From Promethearchaeota archaeon (lineage in GTDB: Archaea > Asgardarchaeota > Thorarchaeia > Thorarchaeales > Thorarchaeaceae): a stretch of 64,000 bases of DNA. This document shows, one piece after another, positions 24,870-33,047 of this stretch (its first letter is position 1; each line of letters begins with the position of its first letter). The stretch is taken from positions 30 through 64,029 of the forward strand of contig JBHLPF010000016.1 of the NCBI GenBank assembly GCA_048939765.1, given 5' to 3'. The position numbers were made by a program, and so were the translations under genes. The notes beneath the pieces are model-generated. The model did not search any database, was not told the origin of the DNA, and saw nothing but the letters and a program-made list of their open reading frames with translations.

Positions 24870-25841
24870 ATGCAGAAGAAGGAGGGAGTGTTTTCAAAAC
24901 ACTTTCAGAGATTAGCTTTAGCTTTGGTATTCTATACGCTACTCTTCATTTCTGCTGGCTCTGCGTATACTCCGCATGATTTCGCTGTGGATTTGGCACG
25001 ATCAGATTTGCCTGCAATCACGACGCAATATACCGACATGGGTTCTCTAAGCTTCAGCTCAGACGAGGATCTCCGGGAGTGGGCGAATCTGAACGGTTTC
25101 GAGGGAGATGGGAGTTCTCAAAATCCTCTCTTCATTTATGATTTGAACGTGACAGGCCTGTCGGAACCTAGTCTCAGGCTATCAAATATCACTAGAACAT
25201 GGTTCATCTTTGAACATTGCATGTTCCAGACTCATATATGGTATGGTTCATTAGAACTGACTAATGTGACAAATGGCCTCTTTACCAATTGTGCTGTCTT
25301 TGGACAGGTCCTTCTCAATAACGTCTCTTTCGACGTGATTATGGATTCATATTTTGCTGATGGAGTCTATATTGATGACACAATGGATTGTGCACTGATT
25401 GGCAATTGGTTTGATGAGGATTCACATGTAGATGTCAATTCCATCTACATCATATCAACAAACGTATCCTTCTATGAGAATACTTTCCTCGGAGCATTGA
25501 ATCTCCTAAACTGTACGGGCTGTTACGTGATCTCTAATCTCTTCTTCAATTCAATTGTCGATGATGGTGTTTCAAACATATGGGACAACAACAGGTATTG
25601 GAATTATAATGGGATAGGTGTCTATATCATTCCTGGAATCGCTGAGAGCGTCGATTCAAGCCCATTATCACTTGAAACCATCACGACCCCGCTTCCCCCG
25701 ACATTCATACCCATCACTCCAACAACCACTGCTTCCAACGTTGACAATACAGTGGACTACGTTCTTTTTGGAATCACGTGCTTTGAAATTACTGTAGTGA
25801 TAGTAATAGTCATCATCAGAAGAGGTCGTGCTCAATCCTAA
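24870..25841 (+). CDS. secreted parallel-beta-helix-like protein with C-terminal TM anchor
   Basis: Signal-like MQKKEGVFSKHFQRLALALVFYTLLFISAGSA. Repetitive N/V/F-rich turns (LTNVTNGLFTNCAVFGQVLLNNVSF...). C-terminus TPTTTASN...VLFGITCFEITVVIVIVIIRRGR. Confidence 0.6.
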   Translation: MQKKEGVFSKHFQRLALALVFYTLLFISAGSAYTPHDFAVDLARSDLPAITTQYTDMGSLSFSSDEDLREWANLNGFEGDGSSQNPLFIYDLNVTGLSEPSLRLSNITRTWFIFEHCMFQTHIWYGSLELTNVTNGLFTNCAVFGQVLLNNVSFDVIMDSYFADGVYIDDTMDCALIGNWFDEDSHVDVNSIYIISTNVSFYENTFLGALNLLNCTGCYVISNLFFNSIVDDGVSNIWDNNRYWNYNGIGVYIIPGIAESVDSSPLSLETITTPLPPTFIPITPTTTASNVDNTVDYVLFGITCFEITVVIVIVIIRRGRAQS

Positions 25842-26030
25842 TAGTCAACATGAAGAAACGGAGCGGCCAATAGTCTGAATTAGTCCTAAGTCAAAGTAGG
25901 CCTCAAATTCTCGCAAAGATAGATTCTTGCCAGGAGCGGTATTAATCACCTTCCGCAAAGCCCATACTATTTATCCGTGAATGTAAAATGAAATAGTAGT
26001 AAGAATGGAACCACGGTAGGTCAGGGATTT

Positions 26031-26663
26031 ATGCTGATTCAGTCTGCTTACACATTTCCTTTGGGCATGGTGGCTATGGGCCTCGGCTTCTTGATACTCT
26101 ATCTGCTATGTTCAAGCTGTTCGGGAAAGAAACCTGAGGACATTAGTGTACTTGAAAGAGAGAGGGAAACCTACATTCCTTCAAGGGAAAAGACATGGAC
26201 AACTGAAGAAGAACGGTCAGCTCCTACAACACGGAAACCAAGAATGACCCCGTTCCCATCTGCAGCCGAAGTCACAGTAGAACCTAGTGGAGACTTCAAT
26301 CCGGAAAGAATGGATCCAGTGCTTTTTGAGAAGCTACTTGATGATATGACAAGCAGCGCTTTCACCTTTGAAATAGAAGGATTAACCACACCGGAACTGA
26401 GAGATAAGATAGACAAGGTACTCCGCGATTATGGATTCACGATTGTAAGGAATATCATTGAAGAGGAGAATGCTGAAAGAATTGAGGTAAAGATTGGCGG
26501 TTGGACCAGACAGATCAGCACCGACAAGGGACTAGGGGTTAGAATTACACTCAAGGGAGTACCAGAGAGGGAGAAGGCATTCTGTCACATGACTGTATCA
26601 GCTGAGGATAGAACATTAATCCTTCCAACCATTAGTAATCTGAGAAAGAAGATAATATCCTAG
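26031..26663 (+). CDS. hypothetical protein with N-terminal TM helix
   Basis: An ATG ORF of 210 aa with the TM segment GMVAMGLGFLILYLLCSS. No family recognised. Confidence 0.5.
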   Translation: MLIQSAYTFPLGMVAMGLGFLILYLLCSSCSGKKPEDISVLERERETYIPSREKTWTTEEERSAPTTRKPRMTPFPSAAEVTVEPSGDFNPERMDPVLFEKLLDDMTSSAFTFEIEGLTTPELRDKIDKVLRDYGFTIVRNIIEEENAERIEVKIGGWTRQISTDKGLGVRITLKGVPEREKAFCHMTVSAEDRTLILPTISNLRKKIIS

Positions 26664-26731
26664 GTCCTCAGGGCTATTAAAAAAGAAGAACGAGGAAAGG
26701 GAGCTTGCGCTCGCCTCTCCTTTCTAGTAGA

Positions 26732-27553
26732 CTATTGTCCTAGCTTCTCTGCAATTCTGGTCATCCCATAGATGTATAGAATGATCAATAGTATGGCTCC
26801 CAGATTGGAGATTCCAACAGCTCTCATATCTCCGAAGAAGTCTATTGATGTGGGGAATGAAACAGCTCCCCATGGATTAAGGAATATGTAGGCGGTCACA
26901 TTGTAGGTGATACCTAGCAGGAAGACCAAGACCATGAGAATGTAGAAAATCTTTGCCAAATCACCAAAGAACTTCCCAACTCTTTCACCGGTATACATCT
27001 TGAGGAGCTTGAATAGACCATACATGAACAGAATGATGCCAAAAGCCACAAACAAGCCGCCACCCATGTAGAGGAATGGAGGCATAATGTGGTTGATGCT
27101 CATTGTGCCGATAAAATCGTCTAGAACCCAGTTGGCATAGAAGCCGGCTGCTAGGATGATAAAGAGACCCTTCAGTATGTGAAAGATGTTCTTAATCAAA
27201 TCCCAATTGCCCATTCTTGGTTCCAGTATTGGCCCCAAGAAGAACAACAGACCCACAATGAGGATCATGACTGCGGCAGCTGCTGCTGTCGGTTCAACAA
27301 TCATCCAGACTATCGAATTGACAATGATAGCAAGACCGAGTACCATCCATGCCATGTTCTCTTGGCCTATTGCGTAGTATAGGGGGAACAATAGTCCCAA
27401 TACAAGTGCAAAGTAGTAGACCCAAACCTCTGCACCCATCCCTGATGCAAATGACGACAGTGCCGTCCACGGAGTGTAGAGCAAGTAGAACAGTGCCAAT
27501 GCAACTGCGGAAAGGTACAAGATTAGGGTCTTGAAGCCTATTTCTTCACTCAA
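26732..27553 (-). CDS. polytopic membrane protein, unknown function
   Basis: 273 aa with about 8 hydrophobic helices. TTG start supported by AGAGGTG 6-7 nt upstream. Confidence 0.6.
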   Translation of the reverse strand: MSEEIGFKTLILYLSAVALALFYLLYTPWTALSSFASGMGAEVWVYYFALVLGLLFPLYYAIGQENMAWMVLGLAIIVNSIVWMIVEPTAAAAAVMILIVGLLFFLGPILEPRMGNWDLIKNIFHILKGLFIILAAGFYANWVLDDFIGTMSINHIMPPFLYMGGGLFVAFGIILFMYGLFKLLKMYTGERVGKFFGDLAKIFYILMVLVFLLGITYNVTAYIFLNPWGAVSFPTSIDFFGDMRAVGISNLGAILLIILYIYGMTRIAEKLGQ

Positions 27554-27793
27554 TAAAACTCACACCTCTATTGGCCCGTAAGCCACTATAGTTAAGTTTC
27601 TACATGCACGGTAGCTTATATGGATGATGATACATCGCCGAAAATCGATACGACAAAAGCCGAATATTCCCGTCATTCTTCGATTTAACGTACATTTTGC
27701 ACTTGATTGGCGCCAGTTGAACGTTTGTGTCCGTTTCATCGCATCTCATCAGCACGCATCGTTATTAGGAGGGGGCGTCTCAGTTCTCATCCC

Positions 27794-28708
27794 ATGCAGG
27801 CTAGCTCTGAGATCTATGTCCTAGGAATATTGAGTGCATTGGGGGCTACACTCCTCTTTGGCATCACAAATGTCGTGTACAAGAAGTTCGATGAGGAACT
27901 CGATGCTCTTGATATCACATTTTCTCGCATTTGGATCAGTCTTCTGCCAGCATATTCCTTCGCAGTATTGTCTGCGGGCACATTTGAGTTCGAGGTGCCT
28001 CCTCAGTCAATGCTTCCACTTGCTGTCTCGATGATTTTGGGAATCGTCGTAGGAGACACCGTCTACTTTCTGAGTCAGCAGCGAATAGGAGTGGCTAGGG
28101 CTTTTCCAATAGCAATGAGCTATCCATTGGCCGTCTATCTTCTTGCAGCATTGTTTCTCGAAGAACCAGTCATACTTCAGCGAGTAATAGGGGCGGTACT
28201 TGCTGTGGTTGGAGTCGCAGCAATTGCGAGAACAGAGGCCTCAGAAGAAACTTCGGAGGAATCAATAGCGGATGATAGAATGAAGAGAGTGGGGGTATTC
28301 CTTGCTTTTCTAACAGTCTGCCTATGGGCAATGAGTGATGTGATCTTTCAATTTGGCCTTACAGGAATTGGCGCTGCTGAAGCTAATTTCTTCCGGATGC
28401 TCGTGGCCTCCATAGTCTTGATTCCTGTCTTCTTCATCGCACAAGCAAAAGGGAAACCGCTCCCCAGCAGACGCATAATACTTGTGGCGCTCATTACTGG
28501 GTTCTTTAGCATAGCATTAAGCCTAATTCTCTATAGTTATGCTGTGAAGTTTGTAGGAGCAACGGTAACCTCTGTGATTGTAGCTTCTGCGCCAATCTTC
28601 ACTGCACCTTTATCTGCAATATATCTCAAGGAAGAGATGGGATTGAAGGTGGTAGGTGGCACTATCTTGACAGTTGTTGGCGTGGCCCTGGTCGTGATAA
28701 TCATCTAA
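27794..28708 (+). CDS. EamA/DMT-family transporter
   Basis: Trimmed from the TTG at 27707 to the ATG at 27794 (MQASSEIYVLGILSALGATLLFG). Two EamA-like halves. Confidence 0.8.
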   Translation: MQASSEIYVLGILSALGATLLFGITNVVYKKFDEELDALDITFSRIWISLLPAYSFAVLSAGTFEFEVPPQSMLPLAVSMILGIVVGDTVYFLSQQRIGVARAFPIAMSYPLAVYLLAALFLEEPVILQRVIGAVLAVVGVAAIARTEASEETSEESIADDRMKRVGVFLAFLTVCLWAMSDVIFQFGLTGIGAAEANFFRMLVASIVLIPVFFIAQAKGKPLPSRRIILVALITGFFSIALSLILYSYAVKFVGATVTSVIVASAPIFTAPLSAIYLKEEMGLKVVGGTILTVVGVALVVIII

Positions 28709-28934
28709 CTGCGGTTTCCGGAGATTTCCCTACATATGTGGAAAGATGCGGCATCATCTAAGCTCGGGATAATCCCTTCCATTCGTGAACGGATTATCAA
28801 AACGATGATGACCACCGCAACGCCCAAAGAACTGAATTCAACTGCAATACCTATAGCTGCCAAAGATCATATGTCAATACGCTGATAGTCAGCTTTTAGA
28901 AGGCGATAGAGCGTGCTTATGGAAGTTGGTTCTA

Positions 28935-30125
28935 ATGAACATCAGACGGGCAATGGAAGACGATTTTGATACAATTGCTGAACTTGATAGGTATGTATAC
29001 AGCTTGCCACCTGATTATATAGAAATGAGCCGGGAGAGATTTCCGTACACCTTTGATGACTACTACTTGCTTGAAGATCATGGGATGGCTGTTGCATCAG
29101 CACGACTCATTCCCCTTCAACAGAACCTCCGCGGCATCTGGAAGAAGATGGGTGCCGTAGCGATGGTCACAAGCTATCCAGAAACGCGCAGAAGGGGGCA
29201 TATTCGCAAACTGATGAGTCACATGTTTCACGCCATGCACGATGATGGATACGCATCAAGTGTCCTATACCCTTTCAAAGACTCTTTCTACGGGGCATTT
29301 GGTTATGTCAACTGTCCCCCGAGACTCAGAGTAGTTGCCAATCCTTCTCACCTCAGTAGGTGGAAGCTTCCGGAGGGGTACAGAGTGAAACGACTATCTA
29401 TGAAGGATGCAGCTGAGTACTATAAGACTCTCTTCAAAGAGATAGGCGCTAAAACACACGGTGCCACAACGAGGAGCGAGAAACGTTGGAACGAATTGAC
29501 AACGGCTTCAAAAATAGAGATTGCAGCTGTTTTCGGACCAACTGGCAATCCCGAAGGCGTGATGCTGTATCATCATAAGGGATATTCAGATTTTCTGGGC
29601 GAAGCCAATATTGGCTCAATGAATGTTAGAGAATGGTACTGGAATAACAACTTGGCAAGAAGCGCATTGCTAAATTTCATCTATCTTCATGCCGATCAAA
29701 TCGTGCAAGCGACACTCCCTGCCAATCCGCTGAAAGATGATTACTACCAGTGGATTGAAGGACGCAACATCCTTGAGCTCAAAACCGGACTTACCTATAT
29801 GGCCCGTTGCATAGATGTACAGGTCGCTTTGGAAGGCTTGCCAGCCACAAACGATGGTCAGCTAACATTCCGAGTCACAGATCCACTCTGCGAATGGAAC
29901 AATCAAACATTCTGGGTAGACGCAAGTGGTGGAAGTATGAAAGTGGAGCCAATAGGTGATGCAGAGACAGATACTGTTTTGACAATCGAGGGGATCTCAG
30001 CACTCCTCTACGGGACATTGAATGTGAATGATCTACCGCCGTATAGCTGGATCTCAGGAGACGTACCAAGTCTACTCAGTGAATGGTTCCCAAAGAACTA
30101 CATTTGGATGTATGAAGACTTCTGA
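28935..30125 (+). CDS. GNAT acetyltransferase, Eis-like three-domain architecture
   Basis: About 396 aa. N-terminal GNAT-like MNIRRAMEDDFDTIAELD...RRRGHIRKLM, and a C-terminal region of the size and pattern seen in Eis/SCP2-type proteins. Trimmed to the ATG at 28935. Confidence 0.7.
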   Translation: MNIRRAMEDDFDTIAELDRYVYSLPPDYIEMSRERFPYTFDDYYLLEDHGMAVASARLIPLQQNLRGIWKKMGAVAMVTSYPETRRRGHIRKLMSHMFHAMHDDGYASSVLYPFKDSFYGAFGYVNCPPRLRVVANPSHLSRWKLPEGYRVKRLSMKDAAEYYKTLFKEIGAKTHGATTRSEKRWNELTTASKIEIAAVFGPTGNPEGVMLYHHKGYSDFLGEANIGSMNVREWYWNNNLARSALLNFIYLHADQIVQATLPANPLKDDYYQWIEGRNILELKTGLTYMARCIDVQVALEGLPATNDGQLTFRVTDPLCEWNNQTFWVDASGGSMKVEPIGDAETDTVLTIEGISALLYGTLNVNDLPPYSWISGDVPSLLSEWFPKNYIWMYEDF

Positions 30126-30175
30126 TATGATAGGAACTGCGGAACTGCTTAATGTTCCGCATTCCTACCTTACAT

Positions 30176-30853
30176 TTACTGACTACGAGTAGCACCCACT
30201 CTCAGGTAAGTATGTTTGTAGTCTTTTGGCTTGTCACGGGATGATAATTCTCGCTTGAGGCGGTCGTAGTCCCTCTCGCAATTCGATTCCAATTGGAATT
30301 TTGACCACTTGAGCTTGATTTCCTTATCGGTGAATATGTCTATGTCCGTGGGTCCTGCAATCAAGTCAATATCGGGCTGCACTCCGATTCGCTCAAGTGC
30401 TTCCTCCAAGAATCCTCCCCCCAAAAGGAGCCAAACCTCAGAATTCTCATCAAACCAGACATCAATCACAGTCCCAACTTTGAAACCGTCCGAGTCAATG
30501 ACCTTTGCCTTTGATATCTGGGAAAGTCTTCGATCATTTTCGGTGATGATGTCCTCACAAAGGGTTGAGCAGAGTGTTTTACCATCAACCGCTAGGACGA
30601 CTTTGTCCTCCTCAATGACGTCAATGTTGTCTACACTGAAGATAGGGTCCTCGTCCGGACGGACTCCAAATCTCTCCAGAAGCTCCTCTAGCCTTGACCC
30701 CCCAATTATGACGGATTTCGGAATGAGCCTGTTTTCTTCAATAGCGAAGATGAAATCTACAATTCTCCCAAGAGTTTCTCCTTTTGCATCCACAACAGGT
30801 TTCTTCTTGATCTCGCTGTATTTCACATCGATACATTTCTGCACGCAGTACAC
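30176..30853 (-). CDS. tandem PRC-barrel domain protein
   Basis: Two repeats: VVDAKGETLGRIVDFIF...VIIGG and VIDSDGFKVGTVIDVWF...LLLGG. The start is uncertain (GTG at 30853 or a downstream GTG). Confidence 0.65.
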   Translation of the reverse strand: MYCVQKCIDVKYSEIKKKPVVDAKGETLGRIVDFIFAIEENRLIPKSVIIGGSRLEELLERFGVRPDEDPIFSVDNIDVIEEDKVVLAVDGKTLCSTLCEDIITENDRRLSQISKAKVIDSDGFKVGTVIDVWFDENSEVWLLLGGGFLEEALERIGVQPDIDLIAGPTDIDIFTDKEIKLKWSKFQLESNCERDYDRLKRELSSRDKPKDYKHTYLRVGATRSQ

Positions 30854-30956
30854 CTCAGCTTGTTAACAATAGTGAAGATGTATATAGACTTACCTATCTA
30901 TATGATATTGCCACGGGAACTCTCACTCCCTTAATAGTTTCTGCTTTGAAGAGACA

Positions 30957-30983
30957 TAGAAAGAAAAGAGCCCAAAAGGGCTC
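30957..30983 (-). terminator. intrinsic-terminator-like hairpin plus U-tract after 31000..31302
   Basis: Minus-strand RNA reads GAGCCC-UUUU-GGGCUC followed by UUUUCUUUCUA. It starts 16 nt after the stop codon. Confidence 0.5.
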
Positions 30984-30999
30984 GCAGCTATGGAGAAAT

Positions 31000-31302
31000 C
31001 TAGTAGACTTCTCGAGGACTCTGTCGCAGTCTGTCTGGAAGTTGCCCGCCCTCGCCTAGGACTTCCAGTTCATGGTCTCGGCCGTATCGGCCGCCATCAC
31101 CAAAAAGAAAGCCAGTCTTCTGAATCCCACGAGCTTGGCGTTCAGCAGCTCTTCTGATAATCATTCCAACGTTTGTGGGTACAGACATCAGCATCTTTTT
31201 CTGAGCTTCATCGATAACAAGCAGAATGGTGTCGTCACTAGATGTCCTAGTGGTTTCATGAAACTGCGAGTCGTTTTGGTTAAACTCCAGGTAGTATGGC
31301 AT
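31000..31302 (-). CDS. 100-aa hypothetical protein; possible single-domain gelsolin/cofilin-like protein
   Basis: ATG with GGAGGA about 10 nt upstream and its own terminator. The segment DDTILLVIDEAQKKMLMSVPTNVGMIIRRAAERQARGI...ELEVLGEGGQLPDRL resembles the gelsolin-repeat pattern (D-hFhLD...W.G...E+.AA..A..I...V.EG.EP..F). Judged by eye only. Confidence 0.5.
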   Translation of the reverse strand: MPYYLEFNQNDSQFHETTRTSSDDTILLVIDEAQKKMLMSVPTNVGMIIRRAAERQARGIQKTGFLFGDGGRYGRDHELEVLGEGGQLPDRLRQSPREVY

Positions 31303-31379
31303 CCGGGTCTAATCCTCCATAGGGGAGACTAATTGATTCTTTGTTGGATGCCATATATACATTATTTGCGTGAGTACCT

Positions 31380-32069
31380 CTATGTGGGCAATAGGTGTGC
31401 AGTACCACAATGTGCGCAGACAACAGCTTCCTCATAGGGTTCTGGAAGTGGCAAAGGAGCACCGCAGTTCTGGCATTTCAGCTCCTTGATGTCAGATCGT
31501 TCCTCAGCCGGGATGTCCAGACGAAAGACTTGTTGAGCGACATCACGTAGGGTCTTCCCGATTCTTCCGGCTGCTCTTGCGACTGCATCAGTTTCGGAAT
31601 CTGACAGCGACCCTAGCCCTACAGCCTTGAAGAAGTTATCAATGGCCCTGCCTATCCTTCCGAATATTGAGCCAGCTTTCCAGGACAGGACGTCGCTAAC
31701 ATGCAATTCTGCTAGCTCATCGTCAGGATGACCTGGTATCTGATATCCTTGTTTCCAATCGGTACGGTCCGACCTAGTGGATGACAACTGCTGGCCGCAG
31801 CCAGGACAGCCTAGTCTCCACTCTGGTTTTTTAAACCAACCCTTCTTGATCTTTAACTCTCCCGTATCGTACCAGCACCTCTTGTGAGCAACTTTTCCAC
31901 AGTTAGGACAGGAGAACAGGTAGTACTTGTCTGGCTTTGCTTTTTGCACCCTTGCAGCAGGAAGTTGAAGATAAGCAAGGTCGTTAGGAGTGTTGTTCAG
32001 TAGGTACTTCCCGCAGATGAAACAAGTCTTGCCATCATACTTGCCCATCTTGTCAACTGGCACTCTCAT
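31380..32069 (-). CDS. multi-zinc-ribbon protein
   Basis: CFICG, CPNCGKVAHKRC, CPGCGQ at the N-terminus and CQNCG...CAHCG at the C-terminus. No enzymatic domain recognised. Confidence 0.65.
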   Translation of the reverse strand: MRVPVDKMGKYDGKTCFICGKYLLNNTPNDLAYLQLPAARVQKAKPDKYYLFSCPNCGKVAHKRCWYDTGELKIKKGWFKKPEWRLGCPGCGQQLSSTRSDRTDWKQGYQIPGHPDDELAELHVSDVLSWKAGSIFGRIGRAIDNFFKAVGLGSLSDSETDAVARAAGRIGKTLRDVAQQVFRLDIPAEERSDIKELKCQNCGAPLPLPEPYEEAVVCAHCGTAHLLPT

Positions 32070-32307
32070 CCATCAAGCCTCATGCAGGCGTGGTTCTTTT
32101 CGTCTTAAAGCCCTTCGCACTCATGCAGCGTGAATCACGGGGTTGTCCAATGGCATTGTTTTCAACCTCGTCCCGGACGGTATGAAGGTAGCGACGATGC
32201 ATTTGAAACCTTGAGGAAGGAAAACCAGGTTTGTGGAATTGCCAAATCGCTTAATAGTGACTCATATTAGCATGTAGAGAATACACAGAAACGAGAGGAT
32301 TCACCGT

Positions 32308-32979
32308 ATGTTCGACCTAGTCCAAGAGGGTGACATCGGACCAAGCCTAGCGCCAAGGACAATGGTGTATGTCATTACGAGCGGAGAAACAGATGTTAAC
32401 AGGCTTGATAGACTAACAGCTCGAGGAAAGAATCAAGTCGTGGAGCTTGCCAGATCTCGAGTAGCAACAGGAATCCAGATTATCTACTCCGCGTCAAACG
32501 GTGCAGCACGAGAGACTGCGAAAATCCTCAGTGATGAATTTCAAGTTGACGCAAAGAAGAAAGACTGCTTTGAAGACATCAAGTTGGGAAAGGGGAGTTT
32601 GAATGCACAGATCTTAGCTGAAACTCTGCCAGACCTCTGGAATGATGTTGACCATGTTCCCGAAACGGGAGAGTCGCTTATGATGGCGCGTCATAGGTTA
32701 GCTGATTGTATTAGGGGACTGATAGGTAGACATAGAGGAAACAGTATTGCCATAATCCTGAGTACTACGATGACGATTCTATTTCATACGCTGGTCGTAG
32801 GCGGCGATCCCAATTTAGATGACTGGCTTGAAACTGGTCATGCCTCATGTGCAGCATATGAATATACCAAGGATGGTTGGACTCTGATTATGCCACCAGA
32901 CAATAGTTTCCTGGTGGAAGGAAACACTGTGCGAGATACTTTGCCAGATGAGGTAAAGGATGCCCTTGGGATTCCATAG
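32308..32979 (+). CDS. histidine-phosphatase (PGAM/SixA)-fold protein with degenerate catalytic motifs
   Basis: VYVITSGETDVN...LTARGKNQ...IIYSASNGAARETAKIL...ETGESL...IAIILSTTMTI follows the family pattern, but RHG is TSG and the distal SHG/His is STT. Confidence 0.6.
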   Translation: MFDLVQEGDIGPSLAPRTMVYVITSGETDVNRLDRLTARGKNQVVELARSRVATGIQIIYSASNGAARETAKILSDEFQVDAKKKDCFEDIKLGKGSLNAQILAETLPDLWNDVDHVPETGESLMMARHRLADCIRGLIGRHRGNSIAIILSTTMTILFHTLVVGGDPNLDDWLETGHASCAAYEYTKDGWTLIMPPDNSFLVEGNTVRDTLPDEVKDALGIP

Positions 32980-33047
32980 TACATCAATGGAAAAAGACGA
33001 GTTCCCGGGTCACGCCCTTTGCCTGACCCGAGATTAGTGTATTCTAA

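Noticed and set aside
28705-28863. 52-aa minus-strand ORF with one hydrophobic helix downstream of the EamA gene
   Set aside because: TTG start without SD, and its end overlaps the EamA stop. Evidence is insufficient.
30309-30866. 185-aa Ser-rich ORF on the plus strand
   Set aside because: It is antisense to the PRC-barrel gene and is low-complexity (poly-Ser/Thr), which is typical of a reverse-frame artefact.
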